The position numbers and the translations under genes are program-made. Positions 25,792-38,898 of a stretch of DNA of 64,000 nucleotides are shown piece by piece. The notes below the pieces were generated by a model. That model had not been told where the DNA came from. It saw only the letters and a program-made list of their open reading frames with translations, and did not search any database. The stretch is from assembly GCF_963921235.1 (NCBI RefSeq), contig NC_086105.1, positions 99,820,001 through 99,884,000 on the forward strand, given 5' to 3'. The stretch comes from Mobula hypostoma. Its lineage: Eukaryota. Position 1 is the stretch's first letter. Every line of letters begins with the position of its first letter.

Positions 25792-28750
25792 TATATCCCT
25801 CTAGAATTAAACCCCAGTACTTTGCTTAAGGGGAATCAATTTGAAGTATCAAGATAAAATCTTTCAAAACCACTGGAAATCATTCCATAAGGTAACAAAA
25901 CTCATAGCTAAAAGAGCTGAAAGAATAACAGGATTTGGGAACAACATGGGTGAATTGCAAAATTGTACATAAAATCTATAAAACAACAAGGTATGGGAGA
26001 GGGAACTTAATGAGGCAAATTATGTAGTAGAGATGGGAGGTCAAATACTTTGAAGCAACAGCCCATCCCCATCAATAATACACCTAATACACTGTGGAAT
26101 TCCAGGTAAAATCCGTCAAGATCAGTCAGGACATTACAGCATATTAGGCCATTTAGCCTCTTGTACCATTCCAACTTCATGCAGAGCAACTGAACCATTC
26201 TCATTTTCCCACTATTATCACAGCCCTGAAAGTATTTACACTATCCTCCCCTTCCCCCTCTCTCCAATTTGGTATCAGAGACAATTTTAGAAATGCGTTT
26301 TTTAAACCACAGTCAAAACCATGAACACAAATTCTGAACAACAGTGCTCCCAGCATCGATTCTCATGGTACACTAACTACTTACAGTATTTTCCACTGGC
26401 CTGAACTCTCACCTGTTTCCTGACCCAAAATAAAGTAACAGTTTTCTGGGGTACCTTTTGAAAATACAGATTAAATACATCTATTGGATTATCACCGTTT
26501 CCAACTACATTTTCAGTAATTTAATGTTATGAGCAAAATCTTTTCTTTTGAAGTCAAAACCAACTGTTGTTATATTTGCACAGCTAATTTCTATGAAGAT
26601 TTGTTTCTTGCTCTTTCCCCAGCTATTTGGTTTACAGAATAACCCCAGCAGGAATTTACACTATTTCTGCTTCTATTTCTAACAAAATGGACATCACCTT
26701 TCCAAAAATACATCTCCCTGTCAGTTTTGTTGTCTTAACTTAAATGCTTCATCTTTTCTGAGCACTCTGAATCCAAAAAGATTATGTATTACAGTCCTTA
26801 CCATACTTCAACTACATTTCTGTTCTTGCCACCACAATATTCCCACATGGTTATTTGGACTGATGTTCATCTTATTCACTTTGTTCATTTATGTACATAC
26901 AATCTAAAAATAAACTTGCCTTTGTATTTCTCATGCTATTTCTTGACCACATCTCATTTCTAATGTGATCCAATATTCACTCCTTTATGTGCCTCTTGCA
27001 TGTTTCTCTGCTTAAATGCTAAAAACTGATCCTCCTGTGAATTTAGTTTAAATCCAAATGTTTCTTTCAACAGAAATTGACAACTTTTTAAAAAATACTA
27101 AATTTCACAAAATATACACAATGTCCAGAAAACAATGCTCCAGCTGGACTAATATATTTTGTTTACAGGTTAGAACAAAAGTTACCTCACTGCCTACAAA
27201 TATAGCAAAAAAATGAATCACAAGAACTTCAGACCAACATACAAATGGAATCCACAATACTGCCTTCACAAACAACCACTTGTGAATCAAAATTCACAAT
27301 CAAATTTTGATTACACTTAGATCAATATTAATTTTCAATTTTGTCCACTGCACTAATTTAAAAATAAAGATAGCAAGCAACAATTTTTAAAAACTCTCAT
27401 AAAATATCTTGCAAACAAGCAATTTATTTGTAGTTTCTGAGAATCCCAACCAGTTAGTTGTAAGCATGCACCTTTATTCAACTTTTCATGATTTTAAAGC
27501 GATGCTTTCCAACATTTCCTCTAATTTTATGACTTTACATTTAATTACATAAACTATCATTAAAAATTAATTGTACATATAACCACAAAGATTTTAATTT
27601 ACATATTTTAAAATAAGTGTCTTTTTCTAATTGCAAGTAGATGAGGGGAAATAAACCATACAGCTATATAGCAATGTTGTTTAAATATATTTAATTGGCC
27701 ATGATGTAATTTGGGACAATAAGTCATGAAACTATTTAAATAGCTATCTTCCACCTTTTACATTGCCAGAAAATGCCATCCCAGTAAGACTTTGAAGCAC
27801 AGAGAAATACATTTCATAACAAGAAGCATTTTCAATTTGTTTACAGAGTTATGTTTGATAATGTAACCTGTAATAAACTGCAGAGCTGTTCAATGTTATG
27901 ACGACAGGAAATGCCACTTCAACTTAATATGAAAAGTTCATATAAAGTTTCAACTTTAAAAATCTACTTCAAAATACATTAATGAATTAATGCAATACAT
28001 TTTTTTCTCAAAATTGAAAAATTAGGAAACTATACACAATTCAACATTGCAACTGATACAGAATTACTTTTTGACAGTGTGCATCTATAGATGTGGATGT
28101 GGTATCATGAAAACAAAACAAGCAAAAAAAAATGACAAGTATAAATAAAATCACATATGTAGTCACAGGAAACAACTGGAAAATCTCCAAGCCCATGTGG
28201 CCTAGCTTCATTAATTTTCAAACACGCATTGCTTTCAAGTGCCCTGACTAAAATTTACAAAATGAAGATTAAGCAAATTGTATTGCTAGAATATATCTAA
28301 ATGATTGCCACAGCTCACACCGTAAAAGTTTGTTACTTCACCACCCTCTATCCCTAGAAAAAGACCTCTATCAATATACTGAAGTAAATTCGGAAGCAGT
28401 ACTTTAGTTAATCTAATAAGCAAATAAAATGTTTGTTTTAAAATGAAATAAACCATGCAAACAGAATTTCGCTTTTCCAAGTTACGGAATCTTGGACAAC
28501 TTCACAATCCTGAGGCAGAAAAACCCAGCCTACCACAGATCAACACGGGGGACAAGGGTCGTCACAATGGAAAACTGCAGACCTGAATCAACAACCCGCC
28601 ATCGAGTAACATTCCATTCACCAGCCCCGAACCCCAAGTCCGTGGCAACAGTGAAACTCCTGAGGGGGCGGGCCCAGGCGCGTCCCTCTGGCTATTTCCT
28701 CGAACACACCTCCCACGGCCCGAGTACCAAACAGTGTCCTATTCACTCAC

Positions 28751-28960
28751 TCGTCTCCGTCCGGGCAGATCCCTGTCGTCTCATCGTATTTCGTGCAATA
28801 GACGTCTGGGCTGTAGTTGAAGGTACCGTCCCGCCTCCTGATGGGCCTCCGCCGTCTCTGGTTCAGGAAATGCCAGTGGAAGCAGGTGAAGGGCCTGTGT
28901 TGGGCGCACTTGTGCTGCAAGAAGAGCGGGCATTGCTCCGTGCGGAACTCTTTAAGGTAC
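28751..28960 (-). CDS. UNKL: Unkempt-like zinc finger protein, coding exon 2 (CCCH zinc finger region)
   Basis: 210-nt exon with tttgcag|G acceptor and GA|gtgagt donor. Encodes YLKEFRTEQCPLFLQHKCAQHRPFTCFHWHFLNQRRRRPIRRRDGTFNYSPDVYCTKYDETTGICPDGD. The CAQHRPF, HFLNQ and CPDGD residues fit UNKL rather than UNK. Confidence 0.95.
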
Positions 28961-29255
28961 CTGCAAAATAAAACGCGAAGGTTAGAGACTGACTTGCACA
29001 AGAGGAGCCGAGGGATGTATCTAACCGAGGTTGGGGGCGGGGGTAGGGGGGGGGACAGAGAATGGGCCTGCGGACAGGGGGGCCGAGGCCTGGGCCTGGC
29101 GGGCGGGGGAGGGTCGCTACTCCGAGACTAAATTAGCTAGCGTGAAGAGATTTGTTGGATAGCTTTCCTGCCGCTGCGTTTTTCGCTTCTAGCTGGTTGC
29201 AGCGTGCTCCGTGCGCGCTTGCGGCGCTGCGGCGGCGGGTGGGCTCGGTACCTAC

Positions 29256-29320
29256 GTGTAATGAGACGGTTTCTCGGTCTGAGGAGAAGCGCTCGGCGCA
29301 GCTTTCGAAACCGACGGCAT
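29256..29320 (-). CDS. UNKL: Unkempt-like, coding exon 1
   Basis: ATG at 29320, encoding MPSVSKAAPSASPQTEKPSHY, then an AC|gtaggt donor in phase 2 that matches exon 2. MPSVSK...QTEKP is the UNKL N-terminus. Lies in a CpG island. Confidence 0.93.
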
Positions 29321-29660
29321 TTTTAGTCAAAACAATGAAATGCGCGTGCGCGGCGCAAAGCGCGCCGGGTAATTGGCGGGACGGTTCAAACGCTGGCCAG
29401 GGACACGTGGCCAAAATCGGGGGCGAGTCCAGCCGGAGCGCGAGCGGTGGGGTCGGCGGGGCGGGGACCGGCGCGAGAGGGGCGGGGCGGGTGGGGTGGG
29501 GTGGGGTGGGCGGGGCGGGGACCGGGGTGAGAGGAGAGGGGCGGGGACCGGCGCGAGAGGGGTGGGGTAGGGTGGGCGGGGACCGGCGCGAGTGGGGTAG
29601 GGTGGGCGGGGACCGGCGCGAGATGGGTGGGGACCGGCGTGGGTGGTGGGCCACTACCGT
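29321..29660 (-). promoter_or_regulatory. UNKL CpG-island promoter / 5' UTR with G-rich repeat
   Basis: NRF1-like TGCGCGTGCGCG (29341), CCAAT on the minus strand (29372-76), E-box CACGTG (29404-09) and multiple GGGCGG boxes at 29450-29640. Confidence 0.7.
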
Positions 29661-30484
29661 ACCTGAAGAAAATCACCTCAGTGGTAAATACATTCGAGAA
29701 AGTCCGTCTCTGGTGACCGGCACTTTATGAGAGAGATTTCAAAATAGTATACAGAAACCACTGTCAATTAGTAAGTCAAAAATATTATCTCTTTCCTTTT
29801 TTTTAAATGCCTGCTATGTTGTTTATAATCAAATCGTCGCTGGAAAATGTAAAAATGTAGGATTCCGCTGAGGGAAATGGTCAGTGTTAGAACTTTTTAT
29901 TCGTCAGCATTTCGCTAAATCTTGGTAGTTGCAAAATTGTCAATGGAGGCGTTGTGATTTTCTCAGATCGCGAAGGGTATTGTAGAAATGTCCAAATAAT
30001 TGGCTAAAGTATTCTGTTGATTATAGTTACTTGCTGAACAGATATGACTGGTGAAAGTGTTTTCTCTAACTATACACATTTGAACTCCAGTCTACAGCTT
30101 GGTCTTGTGTAGAGATAATAATTTGAAGGGAAAATTGGAAATATAATCTAGAATCCCCGTCGATATAAATTACAACCCTGGATAACACGTGGAGATTCTA
30201 TTGTGTTTGTGGTGACTCAACAGGCTGAGTCAGATTGTCAGCGAGTAGCTGAATGTTTTCATCCTGTAAAGGACTTGTTTGTCTTAGTCGAGCGGCGCTG
30301 AGGTTTTCGATATTCGTTTGAACGACTAATATTTTAAAATGTAAAGAGGCGATATCCATAACAGCTGGGTCACTCGGGCCCGAGAGTGTCAGCAACAGGA
30401 AATCTACTGTACCTTAATCTCTGATTCAAAATTGAAAGTGTGTAGTCAACAGAAAATACGGTCCAGTCTCTGTTGGGAGGAACT

Positions 30485-30690
30485 ACGGTGCAGCGGTCAG
30501 CGCCACAGCCTCAGTGTTTCGGTCAGTCTGCACTCGGGTCCTAACCTCAGGTCTTCTTTATACGAAGTTTTCATGTTTTGTCCGGGACCTGTGTGAAGTC
30601 CCTTCTTTTCCGTCGCCTTCCAAAAACGGTGGGTCAATTTGCAACTGTACGTTGTAAGTTATCCCTTGGTGTCGGTAAATGGTAATGTTG
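30485..30690 (+). mobile_element. Degenerate V-SINE/HE1-like SINE
   Basis: ggtgcagcggtcagcgccacagcctca head, then gtttcatgtt...gtcaatt...tgtaagttatccctt body resembling the other SINE copies in the window. Confidence 0.45.
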
Positions 30691-30889
30691 AGGGGAACTC
30701 GGCAGGTCGAGCAACGCTTGTGGGAGGGAATGAATTAGCGACGTTTCGGGTCGAAACACTGCGTCAGAGGAAGTAAAGGAATTAGAACGGAGTATACATG
30801 TGTGTGCGAGATAATAAGTTGCACGACTACAGAGAGTTAAAGAGGAGTATTGGACTCTGGGGAGCCGGCATTGTAGTACAGTTAATTGG

Positions 30890-31205
30890 CCAATGCCGGT
30901 TATGACAGACAAAGGGGGTGTTGTTGTAGTTTAGCAGATTGACCTCAGTCTTGCTGAGGCCAGCCGGCAACTCTCATACCTCCTCTTACTTGCCCCTTGA
31001 AGAGGACCCCACTCGGTACAAGCGGAAAATTGTCTCGGACACCATCACCAACCTCATCAACTCTGGAGAACTCCCATCCACAGCCACCAAACTCATAGTC
31101 CCCTTACCCCACACTGCTCGTTTCTACCTCCTATCCAAAATCCAGAAACCTGTCTGGATAGACCAATTGTTTCTACCTGCTCCTGTCCCGCTGAACTCTC
31201 GTCTC
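30890..31205 (+). mobile_element. Penelope-like element RT fragment
   Basis: (DKG)-type motif followed by SSYLPLEEDPT...ITNLINSGELP...ARFYLLSKIQKP, the N-terminal part of a PLE RT. Confidence 0.8.
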
Positions 31206-31353
31206 CGCTGTGATGTTCGCTCCCAAGAAGTTAAAGATGAAGACCCTTTCCACTGCTTCACCGTTTAAGAGCAGTGGAGTTTGTTCATATTTTCTTGATT
31301 TCCCGATGTCGATAATCATTTTTTTTCATATTGAGTGAAAGATTCTGGTTATT

Positions 31354-32250
31354 GCATCATTGACTACAGCTCTGCCTTTAACATCATCATTTAAAATAAA
31401 CTGATTCCTAAGCTCCGGAACCTGGGCCTTAGCGCTCAGATCTGCAGCTGGATCTTCAACTTCCTCACAGACAGGACCCAGGCTGTAAAAATAGGGGACA
31501 AGCTCTCTTCTACAATCACTCTGAGCGCCGGTAACCCCCAAGGCTGTGTACTCAGCCCCCTGCTATCCTCACTGTACACCCATGATTGTGTAGCCAAGTT
31601 TCCATCAAACTCAATATATAAGTTTGCTGATGACCCAACAATTGTAGGCTGTATCTAGGGTAATGATGAGTTTGAGTACAGAGAGGAAATTAAGAACCTG
31701 GTGGCATGGTGCGAAGACAATAACCTATCCCTCAACGTCAGCAAGATGAAGGAATTGGTTGTTGACTTCAGAAGGAGTAATGGACCGCATGACCCAATTT
31801 ACATCGGTGATGCGCAAGTGGAACAGGTCAAAAGCTTTAAGTTCCTTGGACACGACCCACCCATCCAACAGACTTTTCGTCCCTCTTCCCTCTGGAAGAA
31901 GGTTCAGGAGCTTGAAGACTCGTACATCCAGATTTGGGAACAGCTTCTTTCCAACTGTGATAAGACTGCTGAACAGATCCTGACCCGGATCTGGGCCGTA
32001 TCCTCCAAATATCCGGACCTGCCTCTCGGTTTTTTTGCACTACCTTACTTCCCATTTTTCTATTTTCTATTTATGATTTATAATTTAAATGTTTAATATT
32101 TACTAATTTTAACTATTTGTAATATTTTAAATATTTAATATTTGTAATCCAGGGAGTGGGAAGCACAGAATCAAATATCGCCGTGATGATTGTTCGTTCC
32201 AGTACCAACTGTTTGGCGACAATAAGGTATAAAGCATAAAAGTATAAAAA
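31354..32250 (+). mobile_element. Rex1/Babar-type LINE 3' fragment with internal deletion
   Basis: [46 protein letters not shown] and KFLG, joined directly to HPSNRLFVPLPSGRRFRS...SFFPTVIRLLN. Ends in a (tataaag)-like tail. Confidence 0.88.
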
Positions 32251-32319
32251 GTATTCTGACAGTTTCTGCACCTCCCCTCTATGCTGTTTCCTTGTTATTA
32301 GTAATTAATCCAATCACTG

Positions 32320-33100
32320 TGGTGTCCTTTGCAAACTTGATGATGGAGTTGGTGGAATCCCCCACAGTCATAGGTGAAAAGCGAGTAAAGAAGTGCGCTC
32401 AGTACATGTCCCTCCTGTGCATGGGAGTTCAGGGTCAGGGAGGCTGATGTGTACTTGCCCAGTCTGACTGTCTGGGTGCAGTTGATAAGAAGGTCCAGAA
32501 TCCTGTTGCAGATTGATGTTTTGAGTCCCAGATTGATTAGATTAGATTAGATTCCACTTTATTGTCATTGTGCCGAGTACAGATACGAAGCCAATGAAAT
32601 GCATTTAGCATCTGACCAGAAATGCAAAGAATAGTGTTATTTACAAAATAACTGCGAATTTTAAAAAAAAGTGCTACAGCACACAAATATAGAAGTACTG
32701 AGACAGTACAATATGGATGCAATACTGCTTAGCGCTGTGATGAGAGGTTCAGCAGTGTCACAGCCCCGGAAGAAGCTCTTCCTGTGCCTGCTGGTGTGGG
32801 AACGGAGGCTCCTGTAGCGCCTACTGGAAGGGAGGAGAGTAAAAAGTCCATGGTTAGAGTGAGATGCATCCCTGATAATGCTTTTCACCCTGCCTAGGCA
32901 GCGTTTATGGTATATGTTCTCAATGGTGTACTTTACTGGCCAACTTGCTGGGAAATATGGTGTCGAAGGTAGAGTCGAAGTCAATAAAAAAAAAGTATTC
33001 TGACATGGTTGTCCTTCTGCTCCAGGTATTCCAGTATGCCATGGAGAGTGATGGAGATGGCATCTTTGGTTGATCTGTTTTGCCTTGTAGTTGAACCGGT
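32320..33100 (-). mobile_element. Old Rex-type LINE RT fragment with a younger Rex-type 3' end (about 32530-32925, (TCTAA)n tail) nested inside
   Basis: FFIDFDSTFDTIFPSKL on the outer element. SIIRDASHSNHGLFTLLPSSRRYRSLRSHTSR on the insert. gattagattagattaga tail at 32535-32550. Confidence 0.7.
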
Positions 33101-33109
33101 GCTGAGGTT

Positions 33110-33860
33110 AGTAACAACTACTACTACTAATATGTTGACTGAGGCCTAGGGGGCCATCATCGGGCACGATAACAGACTCTCCACTTCTCCCTCTCCCTCA
33201 TCAGTGTGTTCAGTTCATCTACATTAGCCACGCTGCTGTCTTCTAGGGGCGTGTTGACCACAGTCTTGGGAGGGCGCCCAGGGTTCATCCTCCCGTGCTT
33301 GAGCTCCCATATGATGACTAGGCTGGCAGGTAGCTCTGGGTGGCATAGACCGTGCCCTGCTAGTTGCAGTCTTCTCGCCTCGATTTTAGTAGTGAGCACT
33401 GGTAGGTTTTCATAGAGCTCGACATTCCTCATATGTTGTTGCCAACACACGTCAAGAGCCATCCAGAGCATTCCTGTATAGCAACCATTAGAGACTTTCA
33501 CATAGTCTTGGTGAGTGTCCACGTCTCGCATCCGTACATGAGAATGGACTCTATGACTGCTATGAAAATTCTCTTTTTAAGCCCTCTGGTCAGGTTCGAC
33601 TTCCAGATTTCCTTCATGTCGTTCATAGCCCTCCACGCCAGCGCCTTCCGTATCTTTATGTCCTTCTCCGAACTCATCATTCTTTATGGTCTTGATAGTA
33701 CCTTCATCGCAGTTAAACGCCATGTACTCTGTCTTTGTAGCGTTTATATGAAGTCCAACTTTATTGCACTCAATTTCCACTTTTGTCAGTAGCTGCTGTG
33801 CTTCCTCCATCTGGTCAGAGAGCAGGACTATGTCATCTGCAAAACTGAGATCTGTGAGCG
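33110..33860 (-). mobile_element. RTE-clade LINE 3' fragment
   Basis: FADDIVLLS, KVGLHINATKTEYM, IESILMYGCETWTLTK and RRLQLAGH...ELPASLVIIWE...GRP. (TAG)n tail at about 33113-33130. Confidence 0.88.
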
Positions 33861-34859
33861 TAACTGACAGGGGTTAGTAATGCCATTATGTAAAAATTTA
33901 GAGCTGCAGAAACACCAGCAAAAACTCCAAAAGACCTCATCCCTGGGAGAGGAAGGAGCTTTGAAAGGAGGGTTACACCTAATGACAACTTGAAAGGCTG
34001 GCCCAGGACTGAGGACTCTAACGAGTTGCTGTCAGTGGCCTGTGCCCAAGTAGGAATGATTGGCTTAAGTAAGTAAAGGAAGCACCCATTCTCTACTGTT
34101 TGACTTACAGCCTTGTCTACAGCCATTGTTAGCTGATTTATTTTAGCCTAATTCAAGTAAAGCCCATCAAGCCCTCCAAACTTGGCATCATCCTTGTGAA
34201 TCTGTTTTGCACTCTCTTAAGTAGTGATCAGAAATGCTTACAATACTTCAAGTGTTACCTAATGGAAGTTTGGAATAACTATAACATTCAGAAAATAATT
34301 TTATTGCTTCCTATTACACCTGATTGAGGGTCACATTGTGTTTCTTAATGGTCCTGCTGCCGTTCCCTTTTGCCTTAAACTATCAACCAAATCACAACCT
34401 TCCATTTTGCCATTTCCTCCTTTCCACACTTTCTCTGAATCTTAACAACTGTTTTTATCTTTGACCTTATCTAATTTGGATTCATTGAGTTAAAGGATTA
34501 TTTTGCCTACAGTTTGGAAGAGAATATCACATCTGAATTCCCTTCATAGATTTGTGCATTTCTGACTTCTACACTTGCACATTGCAAAACAGGTTGGGAA
34601 TTCAGATTCTTGGACTTGTGACCTTCCAGTCTGCTATCAGAGAGTAGAGGATAATCAAATCGATCAGGGGCTGTGGATGCAATTAGTATCTGGCCCCCTA
34701 GCTTAATGTCAGACATGGCTGGCTTTTTTTTTGGCGTTTTGTAAAATAAAACCATCAAAGGCAAAAACAGTTTTTATTGCCCAATGGTAACAGCCACCAA
34801 GGAGTCACTTCCTTGGATCACTGCAGCCATTTTGGTAAAGGTGATTTGGAGCAGAGATT

Positions 34860-36960
34860 TCAAGAGCAAGACCCAGCAGTGATGAAGGAACAGTAATGTA
34901 TTTCCGAGTTGGGATCACGTCTTGCTGGAGAACCTGCAGATGTGATGGTCCCAGCACCTACTGTTCTTGTCCTTATTGGCAGTTGGGTTTACAGGTTTTG
35001 GAGATACTGAGGAATTACCTAGGAGAGTAACTGCAGCGCATTTTATAGATGGCACACACCTCAATGCATTATTAGTAATACAAATGAATATTGAAAGAAC
35101 AGGGTGATATGCAGGCAGCTTTGTTCTAGATGAATTGAGCTCCCTGAGAATTGTTGGATCTGAACTCGTGCAGGCAAGTATAGAATATTTCATCACACTT
35201 TTGATTTGTGCCTTGTAAACGGTGCAAGGACGTTGGATAGTCATGAAGTGAGTATCCTCTTCAGATCACCTCTTGGTGAATATTACTTGCCACTTAACAG
35301 TCAAATTAATTTTGCAGTGTTTATGTGACTTGGCCCAGTTAAGCTCTTGGCCAGTGGTGACTCCAGGATATTAATAGTACGGACTTGGAATAAGAATGCA
35401 GCCATATGTAAATGATATGCAGTTCAACTGTCACGTGTGTTCGGCCAGCGGTCCCCAACCACCGGGCCGCGGACCAGTACCGGGCCACAAAGCATGCGCT
35501 ACCGGGCCACGAGGAAACGATATGATTTGGTGATAGGAGTCAGCTGCACCTTTCCTCACTCCCTGTCACGCCCACTGTTGAGACTGAACGCACGCGTCAT
35601 CCATGTCAGCGCAGGAAGGAGATCAACTCCTCGAGCTTGCAAATGATGGCGAGCTGAAAAGCATGTTTGACATAACATCTCTGCCGGCATTCTGGATCAA
35701 AGTCAAGGCTAAATATCCTGAGATAGCCACGAAAGCACTGAAAACGTTGCTTCCATTTCCAACATATCTCTGCAATGAATGCCAATGAAAACTAAATTGC
35801 AGAATAGACTGGACATAAGGAACCTCTTTCGAGTATCGCTGTCTCCCATCACCCCTCGATAGGACCATCTTGTTGCAGGGAAACAAGCCCAGGGTTTCCA
35901 CTGATTCAGCGATATTGGTGTGTTGCAATGATTTTATATGTTCATTATGGGGAAAATATGTGGTGTGTTTAATATCCAAACGTTACTTAAAATGTTATGA
36001 TGCTATTGATTTATATAACCATATAACAATTACAGCACGGAAACAGGCGATCTCTGCCCTTCTAGTCCGTACTGAACGCCACTCTCACCTAGTCCCACAG
36101 ACCTGCACTCAGCCCATAACCCTCCATTCCTTTCCTGTCTATATACCTATCCAATTTTTCTTTAATGATAATATTGAACCTGCCTCTACCACTTCTACTG
36201 GAAGCTCCCCTGATAATTGACTTATCGCTATATTCACGCGAGGAAAATATGTGCTGTGTGTTTAATGTTAAATTCGTTAGATAAACCCTTTTAGAAACGA
36301 AATTGAATGTATTAGCCACTTATCACCTATATTGCGTTCGTGATTAACACCCCCCCCAAAGAATCGCCAAAACCGATTTGTAGAAAAAAATCGGCACGCA
36401 CACGCATGCGCACTGGTGCCCGCGCAAGGCTTCATGGTCATTGTAGTGTTTCTTGGGGTAAACCCAATGTATCTGACTGCTACTCTTGTTCATTGGCAAC
36501 CTTACCACCGCCCCCCCCCCCCCGCCCCGGTCGGACGGTCCGCAAGAATATTGTTAATATGAAACCGGTCCGCAGGGCGATAAAGGTTGGGGACCCCTGT
36601 GTTAGGTAATGAGTATCTCCAGCTTTAATGGTGAAAATGCTACATGTAATCTATCAACTCGTGCCTGAATGTTATCGTGGTCTTGTGTATGGCTCATTTT
36701 GTGAGGAGTTGTGAAAGTAAAGGAACATAGTGCATTTCTTGCTGAACATCTTTACTTTTGACCTTCTGGTGGAAGGAAAATGGCCAAAGATGATTGGGCT
36801 TGGGTCATTGCCCTGAGGAGTTTCTGCAGTGTTGACTGGGCTCTGGTCTCCAGTAACAACAACCATTTTCCTTTGTGTAAGATATGACACTAACCATTGG
36901 TATGGTTTCCTCTTGAGGCCCTTCAGTGGCAATTACCAAGGTTCCTTAGTAGCCCAACCA
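34860..36960 (-). mobile_element. Old L2/Crack-like LINE remnant split by the hAT element at 35446-36599
   Basis: WLVSYLTQRKMVVV...PQGNDPSPIIF (36672-36932) and VYKAQIKSVMKYS (34915-35244). Confidence 0.6.
35446..36599 (+). mobile_element. hAT-Charlie deletion derivative with transposase dimerisation-domain remnant and captured cargo
   Basis: TIRs CAGCGGTCCCCAACC and GGTTGGGGACCCCTG, with a degenerate TSD TGTTCGGC / TGTTAGGT. LLELANDGELKSMFDITSLPAFWIKVKAKYPEIATKALKTLLPFPTYLC...MKTKLQNRLDI...LVAGKQAQGFH is a Charlie/ZBED5-type C-terminus. A minus-strand CR1 tail sits at about 36015-36207. Confidence 0.9.
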
Positions 36961-37069
36961 GTCACTTGTAGCTTTGATCTATTGGGCAGTCATTAATGCT
37001 TTACTTCTGAAATTCACCAAATACATCCTTACCTCCTTTTGTTTTCTTCCCCCCCCCCACTCCATTCTC

Positions 37070-37700
37070 CACTTTCCGCTGGGATCACCCCCTCCTGGCA
37101 CTTATCACTCCACAAGCAGAAGAAATGCTCCACCTGCCCAGTCATCTCTCTCCTCTCTGTCCTTCCATGTAAGGCAATCCTACAGCTGCAAATGTTGGGG
37201 TTGTCAACTGTATATGGTGCTCCTGATGGGGCCTCCTCTACATTGCAGAGACCCGGCGTAGATTGAGGGACCACTTTGTCGAGCACCTCAGCTCCATCTG
37301 CAAAAAAACAGGATTTACTGGTGTCCAGCTATTTTAATTCCAATTCCCATTCCAACATTTTGGTCCTTGGCTTTCTCTACTGCCACGAAGAGTCCGCACA
37401 GATTTGAGGAGCAACACCTCATATTCTGTCTGGGTAGCCTCCAACCTGATGGCATGAAGATAAATTTCTCCAACTTCTGCTCCCCACTTTCTATTTTCCT
37501 CTCTTGCCTCTTCACCTCACCTGCCTATCACCTCACTCAGGTGCCCCTCCTCCTTCCCTTGCTCCCATGGTCCAAACTCCTCTCCTATCAGATTCCTCCT
37601 CCATCAGTCCTTTACCTTTCCCACCTATCACCTCCCAGATTCTTACTCCAATCCCACGCCCCCCCCCCCAGCCCTCTTGGCTTCACCTATCACCTTCCCA
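37070..37700 (+). mobile_element. Penelope-like element 3' part (GIY-YIG endonuclease remnant and pyrimidine-rich pLTR region)
   Basis: PPGTY..., SFHVRQSYSCK and RFEEQHLIFCLGSLQPDGMKINFSNF, which is a typical vertebrate PLE C-terminus. Confidence 0.85.
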
Positions 37701-38489
37701 AGTAATTCTCAACATTTTTGAATAGATACCAGTGTTGGAACTGTTTCGGTACTACTCTTTGGTTGGAGGTGTGTATGGTTTTTTGGGTAATGGACATTGA
37801 AAAATCACTTGGAGTAGGTTATCTTCTGTAGGCAAGGAGGCTTTGACCAAATGTTCCAGGGAATCATCTTAATAGCAGGAAGGCCAAATAAAAGGTCTAT
37901 CTCCAGTTCACCCATAACAAGCCTCAAAATCATTGATACCAGCAGCAACTCCTGAACATGAGAGCTAAGATTATCACAAGTGAATCTCAAATTAAGGTTG
38001 ACAGGTACCACCAAACTATGCTCTGCCATGAACATCATAGCTACAAAATACTTCTGTTCATCTTGGCTCAATAGCCACCTTACCAGACATGCTAGACATC
38101 CATATTGGAACATGATCCAAACCCTACAAACCAGTGACAGCCCCATCTCTATGGTGCACATGTTGGCTGATGATAAACAGCTGTCATCACAGCCTGGTTA
38201 CAAACTAGAGTAATGAAGTGCCTGGCTTTATCCTTTCAAGAAAAGACCAGGGGTGATGGGGCGGAGGGGGGGGGTGGGGGACATGGTAGGAGTATCAAAA
38301 CCAAGGGGAATTAGCTTGAAGGTGAAAGGAAAGACCTTTAAAAGGGATCTGAGGGGTAAAGATTTTTTTAAACAATGCTTGATATCTGGAATCTGCCCGA
38401 AGTGGTGGTAGAATAACAAAAGACAACATGTACCAGCTACCAAGATATGCCGATGACTATGTAGTGCGTAGACCATTCAGTAATGGAGC

Positions 38490-38745
38490 AAGACCCTCAA
38501 AGAGATGCTACTACAGCTCGAGGCAACAGAATTCAATTCTGGCACTGATTGTAAGGAGTTTGTACATTCTCCCCATGAGCGCTCCAGTTTCCTCCGAAAG
38601 TCCAAAGGCATACCAGTATGTAGGTTAATTGGTTATTGTAAATTGTCCTGAGATTAGACCAGCGTAAAATAGGTGGGTTGCTGGGTGGCATGGCTCATTG
38701 GGCCAGAAGGGTCTGTTCCACGTTGTGTCTTTGATTAAATGAATA
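38490..38745 (+). mobile_element. V-SINE/HE1-like SINE
   Basis: ttcaattctggcactg...tgtaaggagtttgtacattctcccc...gtttcctcc...gtccaaag...ggttaattggttattgtaaattgtcc...gggccagaagggtctgttcc. Related copies at about 18560-18770, 48000-48300 and 49020-49170 (minus strand). Confidence 0.6.
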
Positions 38746-38898
38746 GGTTTGCGGGTATTTTTGACTGCATCTTACTATTTAAAAAGTAATGCTCATTTCT
38801 GCACATACCCTAGAGTAGCATATATAATTGAGATATGAAGTGCTTAGTTGCCCAAGGGTAGTCATGGTTCTGTTAAGTGTGACAAACTGCACTTTAAG

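Noticed and set aside
28751-29320. Calling the gene UNK because it is divergent from H3.3
   Set aside because: The MPSVSK N-terminus, the exon 2 residues and the neighbouring UQCC4 all point to UNKL.
29133-29730. 173-aa and 192-aa overlapping ORFs
   Set aside because: By-products of the GC-rich promoter repeat. The real UNKL exon 1 is in another frame.
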